The notes beneath the pieces were generated by a model. The model did no database searches and was not told the DNA's origin. It was given only the letters and a program-made list of their open reading frames with translations. Positions 19,804 through 29,624 of a stretch of DNA of 54,462 nucleotides are shown here, one piece after another; the stretch's first letter is position 1; the number at the start of each line of letters is the position of its first letter. This DNA is from an uncultured archaeon (GTDB taxonomy: Archaea > Asgardarchaeota > Lokiarchaeia > Sigyniarchaeales > SOKP01): the NCBI GenBank assembly GCA_964583985.1, contig CAZOYD010000019.1, forward strand, positions 1 through 54,462, in the 5' to 3' direction. A program made the translations under genes and the position numbers.

Positions 19804-20619
19804 TTGACAGAATCGGGAATTAGAATTATTAAACATGCTGAAGTATCAAAAGAAGATTTAATTAATCCAATATGCATTTTAGGGATGCCGGGCATCGCAG
19901 ATATTGGAAAATTTGCTTTAGATTCCTTAATTGGACAATTAGATGCTAAAAATTTTATGGATTTTATTTTTGATGACTATCCTGCAGGTGCTATAGTAGA
20001 TGATAGCATGCTTTCAGCTCCTAAAGCAGAAATATTAGTTTGGAAAGATCCTGATGAGATACGAGATATTTTATTAATAACTGCTGATGCTCAGAGTTTA
20101 ACTCCAAAAGGAATATATCGAATCTCTAATTTCCTTGCTGAAATTATTCATCAATATGATATAAAATTAATCATTGCATTAGGAGCATATCCATTAAATA
20201 ATAGGAAACTAAATCAGAAAAAAACTAAAATCTATGCAAGCTCAACGAATCGTGATTTATTAGAAAAATTTTTATTAAATAACAACTGTGAAAAAATTCA
20301 AAAAGGAGTTATTATTGGTGCTAATGGACTAATTCCAACTTTAGCTAAAGCACGATTTAATATTGATGGATTAGTTTTATTAGCTGAAACAGATAATATT
20401 GCAATGATTAATGAAGATGTTACTGATTTAAAAGCTTCAATTACTTTACTGGAATTAATAAAGAAATCTTTTACACTACCAATAAAGAAGAGCTATTCAT
20501 TAGAAAATATTGATGATATTACTAAAAACCTCCAAAATAAAAGAGACGAGTTAGAGAAAGATCTTGATACTTTTCAATTTGTTGATGCTGAAGATAAAAG
20601 AAAATCATTATATATCTAA
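19804..20619 (+). CDS. PAC2-family proteasome assembly chaperone
   Basis: GMPGIADIGK, IIALGAY, IIGANGL; C-terminal LYI HbYX-like tail. Confidence 0.85.
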   Translation: MTESGIRIIKHAEVSKEDLINPICILGMPGIADIGKFALDSLIGQLDAKNFMDFIFDDYPAGAIVDDSMLSAPKAEILVWKDPDEIRDILLITADAQSLTPKGIYRISNFLAEIIHQYDIKLIIALGAYPLNNRKLNQKKTKIYASSTNRDLLEKFLLNNNCEKIQKGVIIGANGLIPTLAKARFNIDGLVLLAETDNIAMINEDVTDLKASITLLELIKKSFTLPIKKSYSLENIDDITKNLQNKRDELEKDLDTFQFVDAEDKRKSLYI

Positions 20620-20705
20620 ATTTAATCTATTCCACCTATTTATTGGGAGTAAACTAAATAATTTTTATACGAAAAATTTATTATCTACGATTTATTATAA
20701 TTATT

Positions 20706-20855
20706 ATGAATTATGTATGCGCAAGAAAAGCATGCGGAAAAGAAGTTTCCAAGCAAGAGTTAAATGCGCTTCCAGGAATAAAATGTTCTCATTGTGGTTT
20801 TCGGATTCTTTATAAAAAACGTCCTGATGTAATAAAAAGGATTAAAGTGCGTTAA
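20706..20855 (+). CDS. rpo12: RNA polymerase subunit Rpo12 (RpoP)
   Basis: Manual translation MNYVCARKACGKEV...IKCSHCGFRILYKKRPDVIKRIKVR; below the ORF-track cutoff. Confidence 0.92.
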   Translation: MNYVCARKACGKEVSKQELNALPGIKCSHCGFRILYKKRPDVIKRIKVR

Positions 20856-21774
20856 AATTTGCTTGAATGTGATTTACAAGTTCCTTATATCTATTTCTTA
20901 TAGTTGCTTCAGTCACACCTGCTGCTAATGATATTTCTTTTTGAGTTCTTCGTTCACCTTCTTGCATCGCGGCTACATATAACGCAGCACCAGCTAAACC
21001 AGTTGGTGCTTTACCAGCAGTGATTTGGTATTTCTTTGCCAACTTTAATAATTCTGCAGCCCTATTCTGGGTACGTCCTGATAGATTTAGTTCAGCACAA
21101 AACCTCGGGATGAAAGTTGTAGGAGAAGGAACATTTATATTGATTTTTAATTCTTGAAGGATTAACCTATAGCAACGTGCTATTTTTTTCCTATCTACTA
21201 ATGCAAATTCTAAAAAATCATCTAATGTTTTAGGAATCTTATTTAATTTACACGATAGATATATTGATGCTATTAACATAGCCTCTATAGATCTTCCACG
21301 GATTAAATTTTTATTAGCCATTTTACGATAAATATGTGCTGCAGATTCTTTCAATTCTTTTGATAAATTTAATTGCGATGAAAATCTATCTAATTCATTC
21401 ATAGCATAGGCCAAATTGCGATCGAGAGATTTATTTGTACGAGTTCTAACATGCCATTTTCTTAGACGATATACTTCTGCTTTCATCTTTGGGCTAATGT
21501 TTTTTCCAAAAGCATCTTTATTTGTCCAACCAATCATAGTACTGAGCCCCTTATCATGAAGAGTCAATGTAGTTGGAGCTCCTACTCTTACTTTTTTAGA
21601 GGCTTCTTCTGATGAAAAAGCTCTCCATTCTGGACCCGAATCAATAAGTCTTTGATCCAATACTAACCCACATACAACACAAGCAATCTCACCACGAGCC
21701 TCATCAGAGATTAAATTCTTGTTTCCACATTCTGGGCATAAATTTGAATTATTTACCGTCATTGACAGATCCAA
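20842..21774 (-). CDS. tfb: Transcription initiation factor IIB (TFB)
   Basis: CPECG..RGEIAC..CG, GPEWRAF, LHDKGLST, GRS, GKAP.GLA, VTEATIRNRYKEL. Confidence 0.97.
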   Translation of the reverse strand: MDLSMTVNNSNLCPECGNKNLISDEARGEIACVVCGLVLDQRLIDSGPEWRAFSSEEASKKVRVGAPTTLTLHDKGLSTMIGWTNKDAFGKNISPKMKAEVYRLRKWHVRTRTNKSLDRNLAYAMNELDRFSSQLNLSKELKESAAHIYRKMANKNLIRGRSIEAMLIASIYLSCKLNKIPKTLDDFLEFALVDRKKIARCYRLILQELKININVPSPTTFIPRFCAELNLSGRTQNRAAELLKLAKKYQITAGKAPTGLAGAALYVAAMQEGERRTQKEISLAAGVTEATIRNRYKELVNHIQANFNAL

Positions 21775-21942
21775 AATTGGCTACCCTTAACTTTTTCAAT
21801 TCCTTAATTTCTATAATCAATATCGAACATTTAAATATTTGCGTTTTTGAGAATTATCAGTTAATAATTTTCTTAAACAAGATTTTATTATCTAAACAAA
21901 TTATGAAAAAATTTTAATAGGATCAAATTTTCAATCAATATA

Positions 21943-22392
21943 ATGCGACATTTTTATAAAAGCCACGGAAAACACTGCTATCTACGCTCATTTAAAACAT
22001 CTTGTCCAAAATGTAAAGCTGACGTATTGTATTGGGAATGTAATCATGGGAGTAAAATTTTTTTTGAATATCCTCCTTATGGGAAATTGATAAAGCATTT
22101 TTGTCGGCAAAATTTAGAGAAAAATCAAAGATCAGATCCATTTCAAGTTATAATAAAAAAACCAATTGGTCTTTTGGAGAACGCAAGAACAAGCTGTCCT
22201 GTTTGTGGAAAATTATTTCAAAATGATAAGCACTTGAAAGATCACATCAATCAGATGAAAAAAAATGATGATAACCATAAAGACTTTTTAGAAGATCAGT
22301 ATATTTTTGAGAATAATTTCAATTCATACCCTCAAAAAGATACTAATGACTATCCCAAATTTGGTAGAATAATTCTTAAGAAGCGAAAATGA
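21943..22392 (+). CDS. Zinc-binding hypothetical protein with a C2H2 finger
   Basis: CPKC...ECNHGSKIFF...KHFC and CPVCGKLF.....L..H. Confidence 0.7.
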   Translation: MRHFYKSHGKHCYLRSFKTSCPKCKADVLYWECNHGSKIFFEYPPYGKLIKHFCRQNLEKNQRSDPFQVIIKKPIGLLENARTSCPVCGKLFQNDKHLKDHINQMKKNDDNHKDFLEDQYIFENNFNSYPQKDTNDYPKFGRIILKKRK

Positions 22393-22507
22393 GAGTTTTT
22401 CTTTTCCATAAATTTTAATATAAAATTCATAATTATATTTATAATAGATATTATTAACAAAATATCCTATTTAAAGAAAGAAATAAATCATATATCGGGT
22501 AAAAAAA

Positions 22508-23110
22508 ATGCCTTTAGATCCAGCAACCGCTGTTTTCAATTTACTTCAGAAAGATCCCAGTATTATTGCTGCTGCAGTTGTTAAAGGAAGAGATATAATA
22601 TATTCAACTGATAATTGGGATATTAGTGCTGATGTGGGAAAGATTGTTTCTAGTTGGAATAGCATGAACGCTCAATTTGTTTTGATTTCTGGTGTTAAAT
22701 ATTCTGTTCTTCAATGCACAACTGAAAGATTAGTCGCTACTTCAATCAGAGGAGAAGGTCATATCATTGGAGCAAAGGATGAAGAACATCAATTAATCGT
22801 GTATTTAGAACCCGATGGTGAACCTATGGGAGCTACGATGGATACGTCTAGAGCAATATCGGATATGAATACATCAAAACAAACATATATAGATCCAAAT
22901 GCACCATTAGGAAGCACGGAGGTTTCTCAACCCTTATCTACTAACATTGATCCTCAATTAAAGGGGGAAATACAATCTTTTTTAGAGTGGATAAAAGATG
23001 GAGAGGGTCTTACAGGATATATCAATTATTATATGCAACAAAATAATGCACAAATTATATCTGAACTCTCAAGAATCTATATTGAACTAAGGCAAATATT
23101 TGGTGTGTAG
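22508..23110 (+). CDS. Asgard profilin-like protein with a C-terminal extension
   Basis: IIAAAVV..IIYSTDNW, GVKYSVLQCTTERLVATS..GEGHIIGAK resemble Loki profilins. Confidence 0.75.
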   Translation: MPLDPATAVFNLLQKDPSIIAAAVVKGRDIIYSTDNWDISADVGKIVSSWNSMNAQFVLISGVKYSVLQCTTERLVATSIRGEGHIIGAKDEEHQLIVYLEPDGEPMGATMDTSRAISDMNTSKQTYIDPNAPLGSTEVSQPLSTNIDPQLKGEIQSFLEWIKDGEGLTGYINYYMQQNNAQIISELSRIYIELRQIFGV

Positions 23111-23159
23111 TTTTTTTCAATGGAAATATCTTATATTTATAATGTTTCTGTCTTTTATT

Positions 23160-23567
23160 ATGAATGATACAAAGAATTTAAAATCTGAAAAATTAAAAGA
23201 AGATTTAAAGAATAAATCAAAAGAAGATTTGGATTTAGAGATTCCTGAAATTCCAGAGGCTCCTAAGAAAAAAGATAAGATAAATCTTGATTCTCCAGGA
23301 TTATCAGTCGATTTATTAGGTAAAATTAAGAAACTAGAACAAAAAAACATAAAAGTTGTTTTAGTTAATTGTGAAAGGTGCAATGAAGTCATTCCAGTCC
23401 CAATTCCAAAAAATATTATTAAAAAGTCAGAACTACCTGTAGTTCCTATTAGTTTCATTCATAAAAACCCAAAAAGAAAAGATATTCATTGTATTACACT
23501 TCATATTGACCATGATTTTGACATCAGGAGGCAAAGAATTTCTGATGTAATAATAGAATCAGATTAA
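23160..23567 (+). CDS. Hypothetical protein with a C-terminal CxxC...H...H metal-binding domain
   Basis: NCERC..IPVPIP...IH....HCITLHIDHDFDIR. Confidence 0.65.
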   Translation: MNDTKNLKSEKLKEDLKNKSKEDLDLEIPEIPEAPKKKDKINLDSPGLSVDLLGKIKKLEQKNIKVVLVNCERCNEVIPVPIPKNIIKKSELPVVPISFIHKNPKRKDIHCITLHIDHDFDIRRQRISDVIIESD

Positions 23568-23696
23568 ATCGTCTCATTCTCATTACTAGTAGTTGCCCAT
23601 TTTGTATTTATATTAAGGTTAAAAGATTTAAAAAGGTGATAAATACTATATATTTAGATATACAATTAATTTTCAATATAGGGAGCGTGAAAAATA

Positions 23697-24500
23697 ATTT
23701 CGGGGTATATTGGTAAGAAAATTCGGTTGGAAAGAATAATTAATAGAGAAACGAATAAAACCGTAATTGTTCCAATGGATCATGGTTTAACAGATGGACC
23801 GATTAAGGGAATAGATTGCAAGATTGGAGAGATGGTCAATAAAATCGCTTTAGGGGGTGCAAATGCAGTCCTTGGTCATATTGGAATCCCTCTCCACGCA
23901 CATAGGGGATACGGTCCTGATATTGGATTGATTCTTCATTTATCGGGTTCAAATTCTTTAAGTCCTGATGCAAATTATAAGGTTTTAATAAACTCGGTTT
24001 TAGAAGCTGTAAGATTTGGATCAGATGGAGTTTCTTTACATATAAATATAGGAACTAAATCAGATCCTGAAATGCTAGAAACACTTGGTAGAGTTTCTCA
24101 AGAATGCCGAGAATATGGAATGCCACTAATTGCAATGATGTATCCACGAGGACAAAACATTAAAAATGAATATGATGTTGGTGTGGTAAAGATAGTTGCT
24201 CGAGTCGCAGCAGAATTAGGTGCAGACCTAGTAAAAACAAATTGGCCAGGCGATCCCGATTCATTTAAGCAAGTTGTTGATGGTTGTATGGTGCCAGTTA
24301 TAATAGCAGGTGGCGAAAAAACGGGAATTAAAGAGATCATGGAAATTACTAAACAATCTATTGAAGTTGGTGGTGCTGGTGTTGCATATGGGAGAAATGT
24401 TTTTCAAGCAAAGAATCCAACAAATGTGGTAAAAGCATTATGTTTGATTGTGCATAAAAATTACGATGTCACTGAGGCAATGAAAGAGTCAGGATTATAA
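23697..24500 (+). CDS. DhnA-type class I aldolase, likely 2-amino-3,7-dideoxy-D-threo-hept-6-ulosonate (ADH) synthase; predicted ATT start
   Basis: GKKIRLERI, IVPMDHG, LILHLS, MMYPRG, AELGADLVKT, AGG, GRNVFQ; first TTG at 23727 falls inside the conserved N-terminus. Confidence 0.85.
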   Translation: MSGYIGKKIRLERIINRETNKTVIVPMDHGLTDGPIKGIDCKIGEMVNKIALGGANAVLGHIGIPLHAHRGYGPDIGLILHLSGSNSLSPDANYKVLINSVLEAVRFGSDGVSLHINIGTKSDPEMLETLGRVSQECREYGMPLIAMMYPRGQNIKNEYDVGVVKIVARVAAELGADLVKTNWPGDPDSFKQVVDGCMVPVIIAGGEKTGIKEIMEITKQSIEVGGAGVAYGRNVFQAKNPTNVVKALCLIVHKNYDVTEAMKESGL

Positions 24501-24559
24501 CGATTGGGAGTTGATGATTAATACAACCTATATCAGAGAGAATTTTACTAATTAATGAT

Positions 24560-24877
24560 GTGTGTTTTTATATTTCTCTTTTTAAATTGCACAAGAGTTA
24601 CTTATTATTATTGTCTGATCAAAAAGAAATGGGTATTGGGAGTGTTACGCTAAGTAGCCCCTCGCATATCGACGGAGTCAAAACATCCTCTTCTTCTTAT
24701 ACTCTATTTGGAATTCAGAACAAAATTATAAACAAAGTAGTTGTAGAACGTGTAGCTAATTTATTGAACACTCCAGTCTTAATGTTATCATTCTTTAAAA
24801 ATAAAATAGTTGAAGAAGATTTCATTAAGCCAATAATGAATTGTCTTAACGAAATGGTCTCATTATTAATTAATTAA
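24560..24877 (+). CDS. PAC4-like proteasome assembly chaperone; may start at ATA 24521
   Basis: GSVTLSSP...YTLFG...ERVANLLNTPVL pattern resembles PAC4/PSMG4. Confidence 0.5.
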   Translation: MCFYISLFKLHKSYLLLLSDQKEMGIGSVTLSSPSHIDGVKTSSSSYTLFGIQNKIINKVVVERVANLLNTPVLMLSFFKNKIVEEDFIKPIMNCLNEMVSLLIN

Positions 24878-24932
24878 AATTTCTAATTGTCAAGATTATT
24901 CAAAATTTTTACGCTTATAACTATAATTAAGA

Positions 24933-25054
24933 TGCAGGGAAGGGGATTTGAACCCCTGTAGACCTATGTCAATGGATCTTGAGTGTGGTTAAAAGAAGGA
25001 TAAGAGCCCCTTCCTTTATTTGTCCACCGCCGTTGACCGCTTGGCTATCCCTGC
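24933..25054 (-). tRNA. tRNA-Leu (CAA) with an intron at about 32/33 (24983-25021)
   Basis: GCAGGGA/TCCCTGC acceptor, long variable arm, CAA at 24979-24981, GTGG/CCAC BHB helix. Confidence 0.9.
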
Positions 25055-25160
25055 CAGATATTTCAAAGGCTAAATAATTTGATATAATGAAAATTCATTA
25101 TTAATCTTTTCAATAAATCGTTTCTGTATAAATGAGCATGTTTATTTCTGTTTGATAATT

Positions 25161-25391
25161 TTATGCTCCCATAAACAACGTAAAAATTATCAAAACACCT
25201 AGCATTGAAAACATTATAACCATTTGAATTCTATTTTTTTTCTTGCTTTTCTTTTCTTTTGCTAAATAATTATCCCGACAGGCTTGACTACAAAATTGTT
25301 TATCAGCGGGCATAGCTTTGCGACAAACAGGACAATGACTATGAGGACCCCACTTTTTTTTTATCTGATCTTTCCATGACGATTGAGACAT
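25161..25391 (-). CDS. DUF2116 family zinc-ribbon membrane protein
   Basis: PHSHCPVC.K.....FCS..C plus a C-terminal TM helix. Confidence 0.85.
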   Translation of the reverse strand: MSQSSWKDQIKKKWGPHSHCPVCRKAMPADKQFCSQACRDNYLAKEKKSKKKNRIQMVIMFSMLGVLIIFTLFMGA

Positions 25392-25458
25392 TTTCTCTTC
25401 CTTTTTAATTCTTAGAATAATAAATTAAGATAAATAAATTAATTTTTCGAATTGAAAA

Positions 25459-26172
25459 TCAATTTGAAATTATAGTACCAACAAAATCAGATTTACCATC
25501 CCATAATTTCTTGAATTCGCTTAAATCTGTTCCAGAGACAACCTTTACATTTAATTTACTTCTTTTCATTATTTGCAGGGAGACGGCATCAAATATTCGA
25601 TATTCTCCAGCAGAAGCTTGATTTTCATTAGAATCTTTTAAAATTAAAATTTGTAATTTTTCGAGAGGTAAATTTTTAATTAACTTAGCATCATTAAATT
25701 TATTTGGATCTTTATCAAATATCCCAGCAACATCAGTGAGAATGATTACTTGGTCTGCATCGATGAACTCAGCTACCTCTAATGCAACTGAGGTCGTTGA
25801 TTGCCCTGGTTGTATACCACCCATAATAATTATCTTATTAAACAAGAGAGCTCGTGCTAATTCTCCAAATTTTTTAGGAATTTCTGGATACGCTATGCTA
25901 CCGAACATTTCCATTAATAATCGAGCATTAATGTGAGATATTTTAATCCCCATAATATCTTTTGATGTTTCGTTCGAATGTACAGATCCTATCGCAGAAA
26001 TATAGCTTCTTGCTATTTTACCTCCACCACATATTATGATTATCTTATCATAACGTTGGTTAGCCTTAATTATGTTACAAAATTGAATTATTTGTTGTAT
26101 ATTGATTTTGAAATCTTCTGAAAATATGATTGACCCGCCAATTTTTATTACAATATTTTTCATAATAATCAA
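25459..26172 (-). CDS. pyrH: Uridylate kinase
   Basis: KIGGS, GGG..AR, MGG..PGQST, VAGIF.KDP, D. Confidence 0.93.
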   Translation of the reverse strand: MIIMKNIVIKIGGSIIFSEDFKINIQQIIQFCNIIKANQRYDKIIIICGGGKIARSYISAIGSVHSNETSKDIMGIKISHINARLLMEMFGSIAYPEIPKKFGELARALLFNKIIIMGGIQPGQSTTSVALEVAEFIDADQVIILTDVAGIFDKDPNKFNDAKLIKNLPLEKLQILILKDSNENQASAGEYRIFDAVSLQIMKRSKLNVKVVSGTDLSEFKKLWDGKSDFVGTIISN

Positions 26173-26226
26173 ATTAGATTTTTCTTTTATTTATTAATAT
26201 ATAGATGATTAGTTAAATTAAGTTAT

Positions 26227-27201
26227 TTGAGTTACATGTCTAATAGAGAGGTAAAAGTTGTCGTAAAAGTGCCACACCGCATTTCAGGATTTTTTGAAAT
26301 TGTCGATAAGTTAAATGGGGTTGAAATAAAAGATCCTCAATTAATTGGTTCACGGGGTGCGGGATTTAATATCAAGCATTTCGGAATAACTGAAATAACA
26401 AGGCAAGATCCAAAAGATCCCTCTTATTCTACGTGTCAAATCTTCATAAATGGTACAGAATTAAATGAAAAAGCCGAAACAACGCATTTTATTTTCAACT
26501 ATTTAAAACAGTATTTTCCAAAAGCGTCTCACGTGATTATTGAGCACAATTTTGATTTACCCGTTGGTTGTGGATATGGAGCAAGCGGTTCTGGAGCCTT
26601 AGGTGTTGTATATGGACTAAATTCTCTTTTAAAATTGAATATTTCAGATTTTGAGAAAGGTAAGATCGCCCATATTGCGGAGGTTTCTAATAAAACAGGT
26701 TTAGGAACAATTTGTGGTCAATTAGGGGGTGGTATGTGCATTTTAAAAGAACCAGGTTATCCTTGTATCTCAGAAAGGATTCAGTTTCCATCGGATTTAA
26801 GTGTAATCTGTGGTTCCTTTGGAATGATTCCTACGAAATCAATATTGAATGATCCAAATTTAAATTTGAACATAAAAAATGCAGGTAAAGATGCATTGAT
26901 TAAATTACTTCATAATCCAACTATTTATACATTTATGAATGCTTCAATTGAATTTGTGCAAAAAACCCATATTCTTGAGATTTTGCATCTTAATTCTACC
27001 CGAGATTTAATTGAAGATTTAAATAAATTAAAAATTATAGGTGCTAGTATGAATCAATTGGGAAAATCAGTATATGCAGTATGCAATAAAAAGAATGAAG
27101 CTGAAGTAATTGATGTGTTTGCAAACTATTTACCAAAAATAAGCATAATAAAATCAAGTATTTATGAGGATAAAACTATTAATTTTATAAGTAAAAATTA
27201 G
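26227..27201 (+). CDS. pok: Pantoate kinase (GHMP family)
   Basis: PHRISGFF, GSRGAG, PVGCGYGASG, AHIAEV...TGLG, SMNQLG. Confidence 0.9.
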   Translation: MSYMSNREVKVVVKVPHRISGFFEIVDKLNGVEIKDPQLIGSRGAGFNIKHFGITEITRQDPKDPSYSTCQIFINGTELNEKAETTHFIFNYLKQYFPKASHVIIEHNFDLPVGCGYGASGSGALGVVYGLNSLLKLNISDFEKGKIAHIAEVSNKTGLGTICGQLGGGMCILKEPGYPCISERIQFPSDLSVICGSFGMIPTKSILNDPNLNLNIKNAGKDALIKLLHNPTIYTFMNASIEFVQKTHILEILHLNSTRDLIEDLNKLKIIGASMNQLGKSVYAVCNKKNEAEVIDVFANYLPKISIIKSSIYEDKTINFISKN

Positions 27202-28019
27202 GATTCTCTAGAGGCATTTAGAAGTTTAGATTTTATAGCTGCAGCCTCCACAGCTCTAATTAGAGTTGCTCTTAATTTTGCGGACTCGATTTCATGAATA
27301 GCGGTGATTGTTGTTCCACCTGGAGTTGCAACCATATCCTTCAATTCTCCAGGATGCTTTCCTGTTTCTAATAATAATTTTGCTGAACCCATAACTGTTT
27401 GCGCTGCTAATTTTTGTGAAATTGCTCGAGGTAGCCCCATCTTTACTCCTCCATCTGCTAAAGCTTCAATTATTATAAAGACATAAGCAGGTCCACTACC
27501 AGATAGACCAGTCACTGCATCTAAGTGAATTTCTTCTAATTCCACAACTAATCCCACAGATTCGAATAATTTCTTGGTAAAATCAAATTCTATCTCGTTT
27601 ATGTATTCATTTGATGCGATAGCAGTCGCTGCGGCTCCAATAATACATGGAGTGTTTGTCATAATTCTTATTAAACCGATAGGTTTATTGATAAATTTAA
27701 AAATATGTTCAAAAGACACCCCTGCGGCAATAGAAATTATTGTTTGATCCTCTGAAATTACTGTATTAATTTCTTTTAAAATATTATTTATGACTTGGGG
27801 AATAACAGCTATTAAAATAAAACGGGATCTTTTGACCAAATCTAAATTATTTTTTGCAATTTCAACATTTAATGCTTTAGAAATGTCCTTTAAACGAGTC
27901 TCATCAATGTCATAAATAAGGATTGAATCGTTTTTAACCGTATTCGTATTAACAAAACGTTTTAATAATGCTGAACCAATTTTGCCAATTCCAATGATTC
28001 CTAATTCTTTTTCAAACAT
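27198..28019 (-). CDS. proC: Pyrroline-5-carboxylate reductase
   Basis: GIGKIG, ISIAAG, RIMTNTP, TGLSGSGPAY, ALADGGV..GL, V.TPGGTT. Confidence 0.95.
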   Translation of the reverse strand: MFEKELGIIGIGKIGSALLKRFVNTNTVKNDSILIYDIDETRLKDISKALNVEIAKNNLDLVKRSRFILIAVIPQVINNILKEINTVISEDQTIISIAAGVSFEHIFKFINKPIGLIRIMTNTPCIIGAAATAIASNEYINEIEFDFTKKLFESVGLVVELEEIHLDAVTGLSGSGPAYVFIIIEALADGGVKMGLPRAISQKLAAQTVMGSAKLLLETGKHPGELKDMVATPGGTTITAIHEIESAKLRATLIRAVEAAAIKSKLLNASRES

Positions 28020-28080
28020 ATTTAAAAATTAATACTGATACCAAAATAAGTTTATGATTCGTTTTAATATTTGAGATGGA

Positions 28081-28578
28081 TTAATAAAAACTATTATCAA
28101 TAAAATCTGCATCTCTGATGCCAAAATCAGTCCAAATATTTCGTTCTAATAAGATTTTATTTCGAAAATTCTCCTTTTCATAGAAATTATATTTTTGAAA
28201 AAATCTAATACCTTCTATATAATGTTGAGGTAATTCTATATGAATGATTGCGATCCCATCTTCCTTCTGTAGATTTATAAATTTATCTAATAAAAAATGA
28301 CCAATCTTATTATTTCTAAATTTGGGGGTTACGAAAATTAGTTTTAAAGAGGTCGTGGGAAGGAGATTTATTATCGGATCATCATTATTACATTTCTTAT
28401 CGGCAATGAGGATACCAACTAACAAATCATCTTGTAAAGCAGCTAAGATGATATAACTTTCATTATTATAGTTATCTGAAAATCCATCAATAAAGTCAAT
28501 AAATTCTTTTGCACACAATCTTAAATCTATTAATGACAAATTTGTTGAAGACACTAGAGTGATTTCTAAATCTTTCAT
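28081..28578 (-). CDS. GNAT family acetyltransferase
   Basis: IFVTPKFRNNKIG..LL motif A; FFQKYNF. Confidence 0.75.
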   Translation of the reverse strand: MKDLEITLVSSTNLSLIDLRLCAKEFIDFIDGFSDNYNNESYIILAALQDDLLVGILIADKKCNNDDPIINLLPTTSLKLIFVTPKFRNNKIGHFLLDKFINLQKEDGIAIIHIELPQHYIEGIRFFQKYNFYEKENFRNKILLERNIWTDFGIRDADFIDNSFY

Positions 28579-28585
28579 TATGTAT

Positions 28586-29332
28586 TCAAATATCTACCTG
28601 GTATAATTGATTTTTTAAATCCTCAATCATATGAGATCTTATTTTACCTTTTTGTCTATCGAAATTATCGCATACAATGCTTCTTACTCCAATGATGTCT
28701 GGTGAAATTTTTTTGATTTTTGAAATTGATTCCTTCATTAAATTGCCAGCTAAAGCGACCTCAAGATTTTCATTTTTTGATATTTTTTTGAACTCCATCA
28801 ATTGTTCAACGTTTAAAAAATCAAATAATCCTTTTCCATCTTTTATAAATGTATCAAGCATTGCTATATCAGATCCCGATTTAGCGGCAATTATAGGGAT
28901 AGATAAAAAATCAGGAGACGTCTTTATTCTTTTATAGTCGGCGTAGCCTGCTGCTACTACCTTAATTTCTTTATTATAGTTTTTCACTGCTTTTACTACT
29001 TTTTCCATTAGATCAATTCCTTCTTCAACATTTTTAGGTCCTTTTAACCCAACTTTGATAATATCCGCACCAGAAACTGCTGCACCTAATGCAGCTAAAG
29101 ATGCTGAACCTGGCAGATAGGGAAAGTCTCCTATCGTAGCACTCAGCTTCTGTGAGCTACTTTGTGGAATCAATCCTTTCATTTGATTAATAATCCACGG
29201 AAAATTAGCACCTAATGAACCTTCATCGGGATTTTTGCAATCCACATAATCAACTCCCGAGTTGACAGTTATTCTTGCTTCTTCAATATTTTTAGGGCTT
29301 ACTAATAATTTTATTTTTTGCGCCATTGTCAA
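28586..29332 (-). CDS. mfnB: (5-formylfuran-3-yl)methyl phosphate synthase (methanofuran biosynthesis)
   Basis: LLVSP, D.KNP.EGSLGA, SATIGD, IKVGL, MLDT.IKDG, ALAG, IIGVRS. Confidence 0.92.
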   Translation of the reverse strand: MTMAQKIKLLVSPKNIEEARITVNSGVDYVDCKNPDEGSLGANFPWIINQMKGLIPQSSSQKLSATIGDFPYLPGSASLAALGAAVSGADIIKVGLKGPKNVEEGIDLMEKVVKAVKNYNKEIKVVAAGYADYKRIKTSPDFLSIPIIAAKSGSDIAMLDTFIKDGKGLFDFLNVEQLMEFKKISKNENLEVALAGNLMKESISKIKKISPDIIGVRSIVCDNFDRQKGKIRSHMIEDLKNQLYQVDI

Positions 29333-29624
29333 TCCTATTTTATGTGACTTCCTAAAAAACTCATATTGTGAATTGCTTAATTAATTTTTTATTTTCAATC
29401 TTTTAAATTAACAGTTAATAATAATCACATTTTAAATACCGTTATAAATTTAAATTTTAGGAGAATAATAAAAAATTATGTATTAGAGATTGTCAACTCT
29501 CTTTTCTTTCCCCAGAGAATTTTCAATTAGATAATCTTAAGACCTCAATTGTATTTTTAATCGTGATATAAAAGTTTAAATTAAATAATTATTATTAAAT
29601 ATCAAAAAAAATGATGATTTAATT

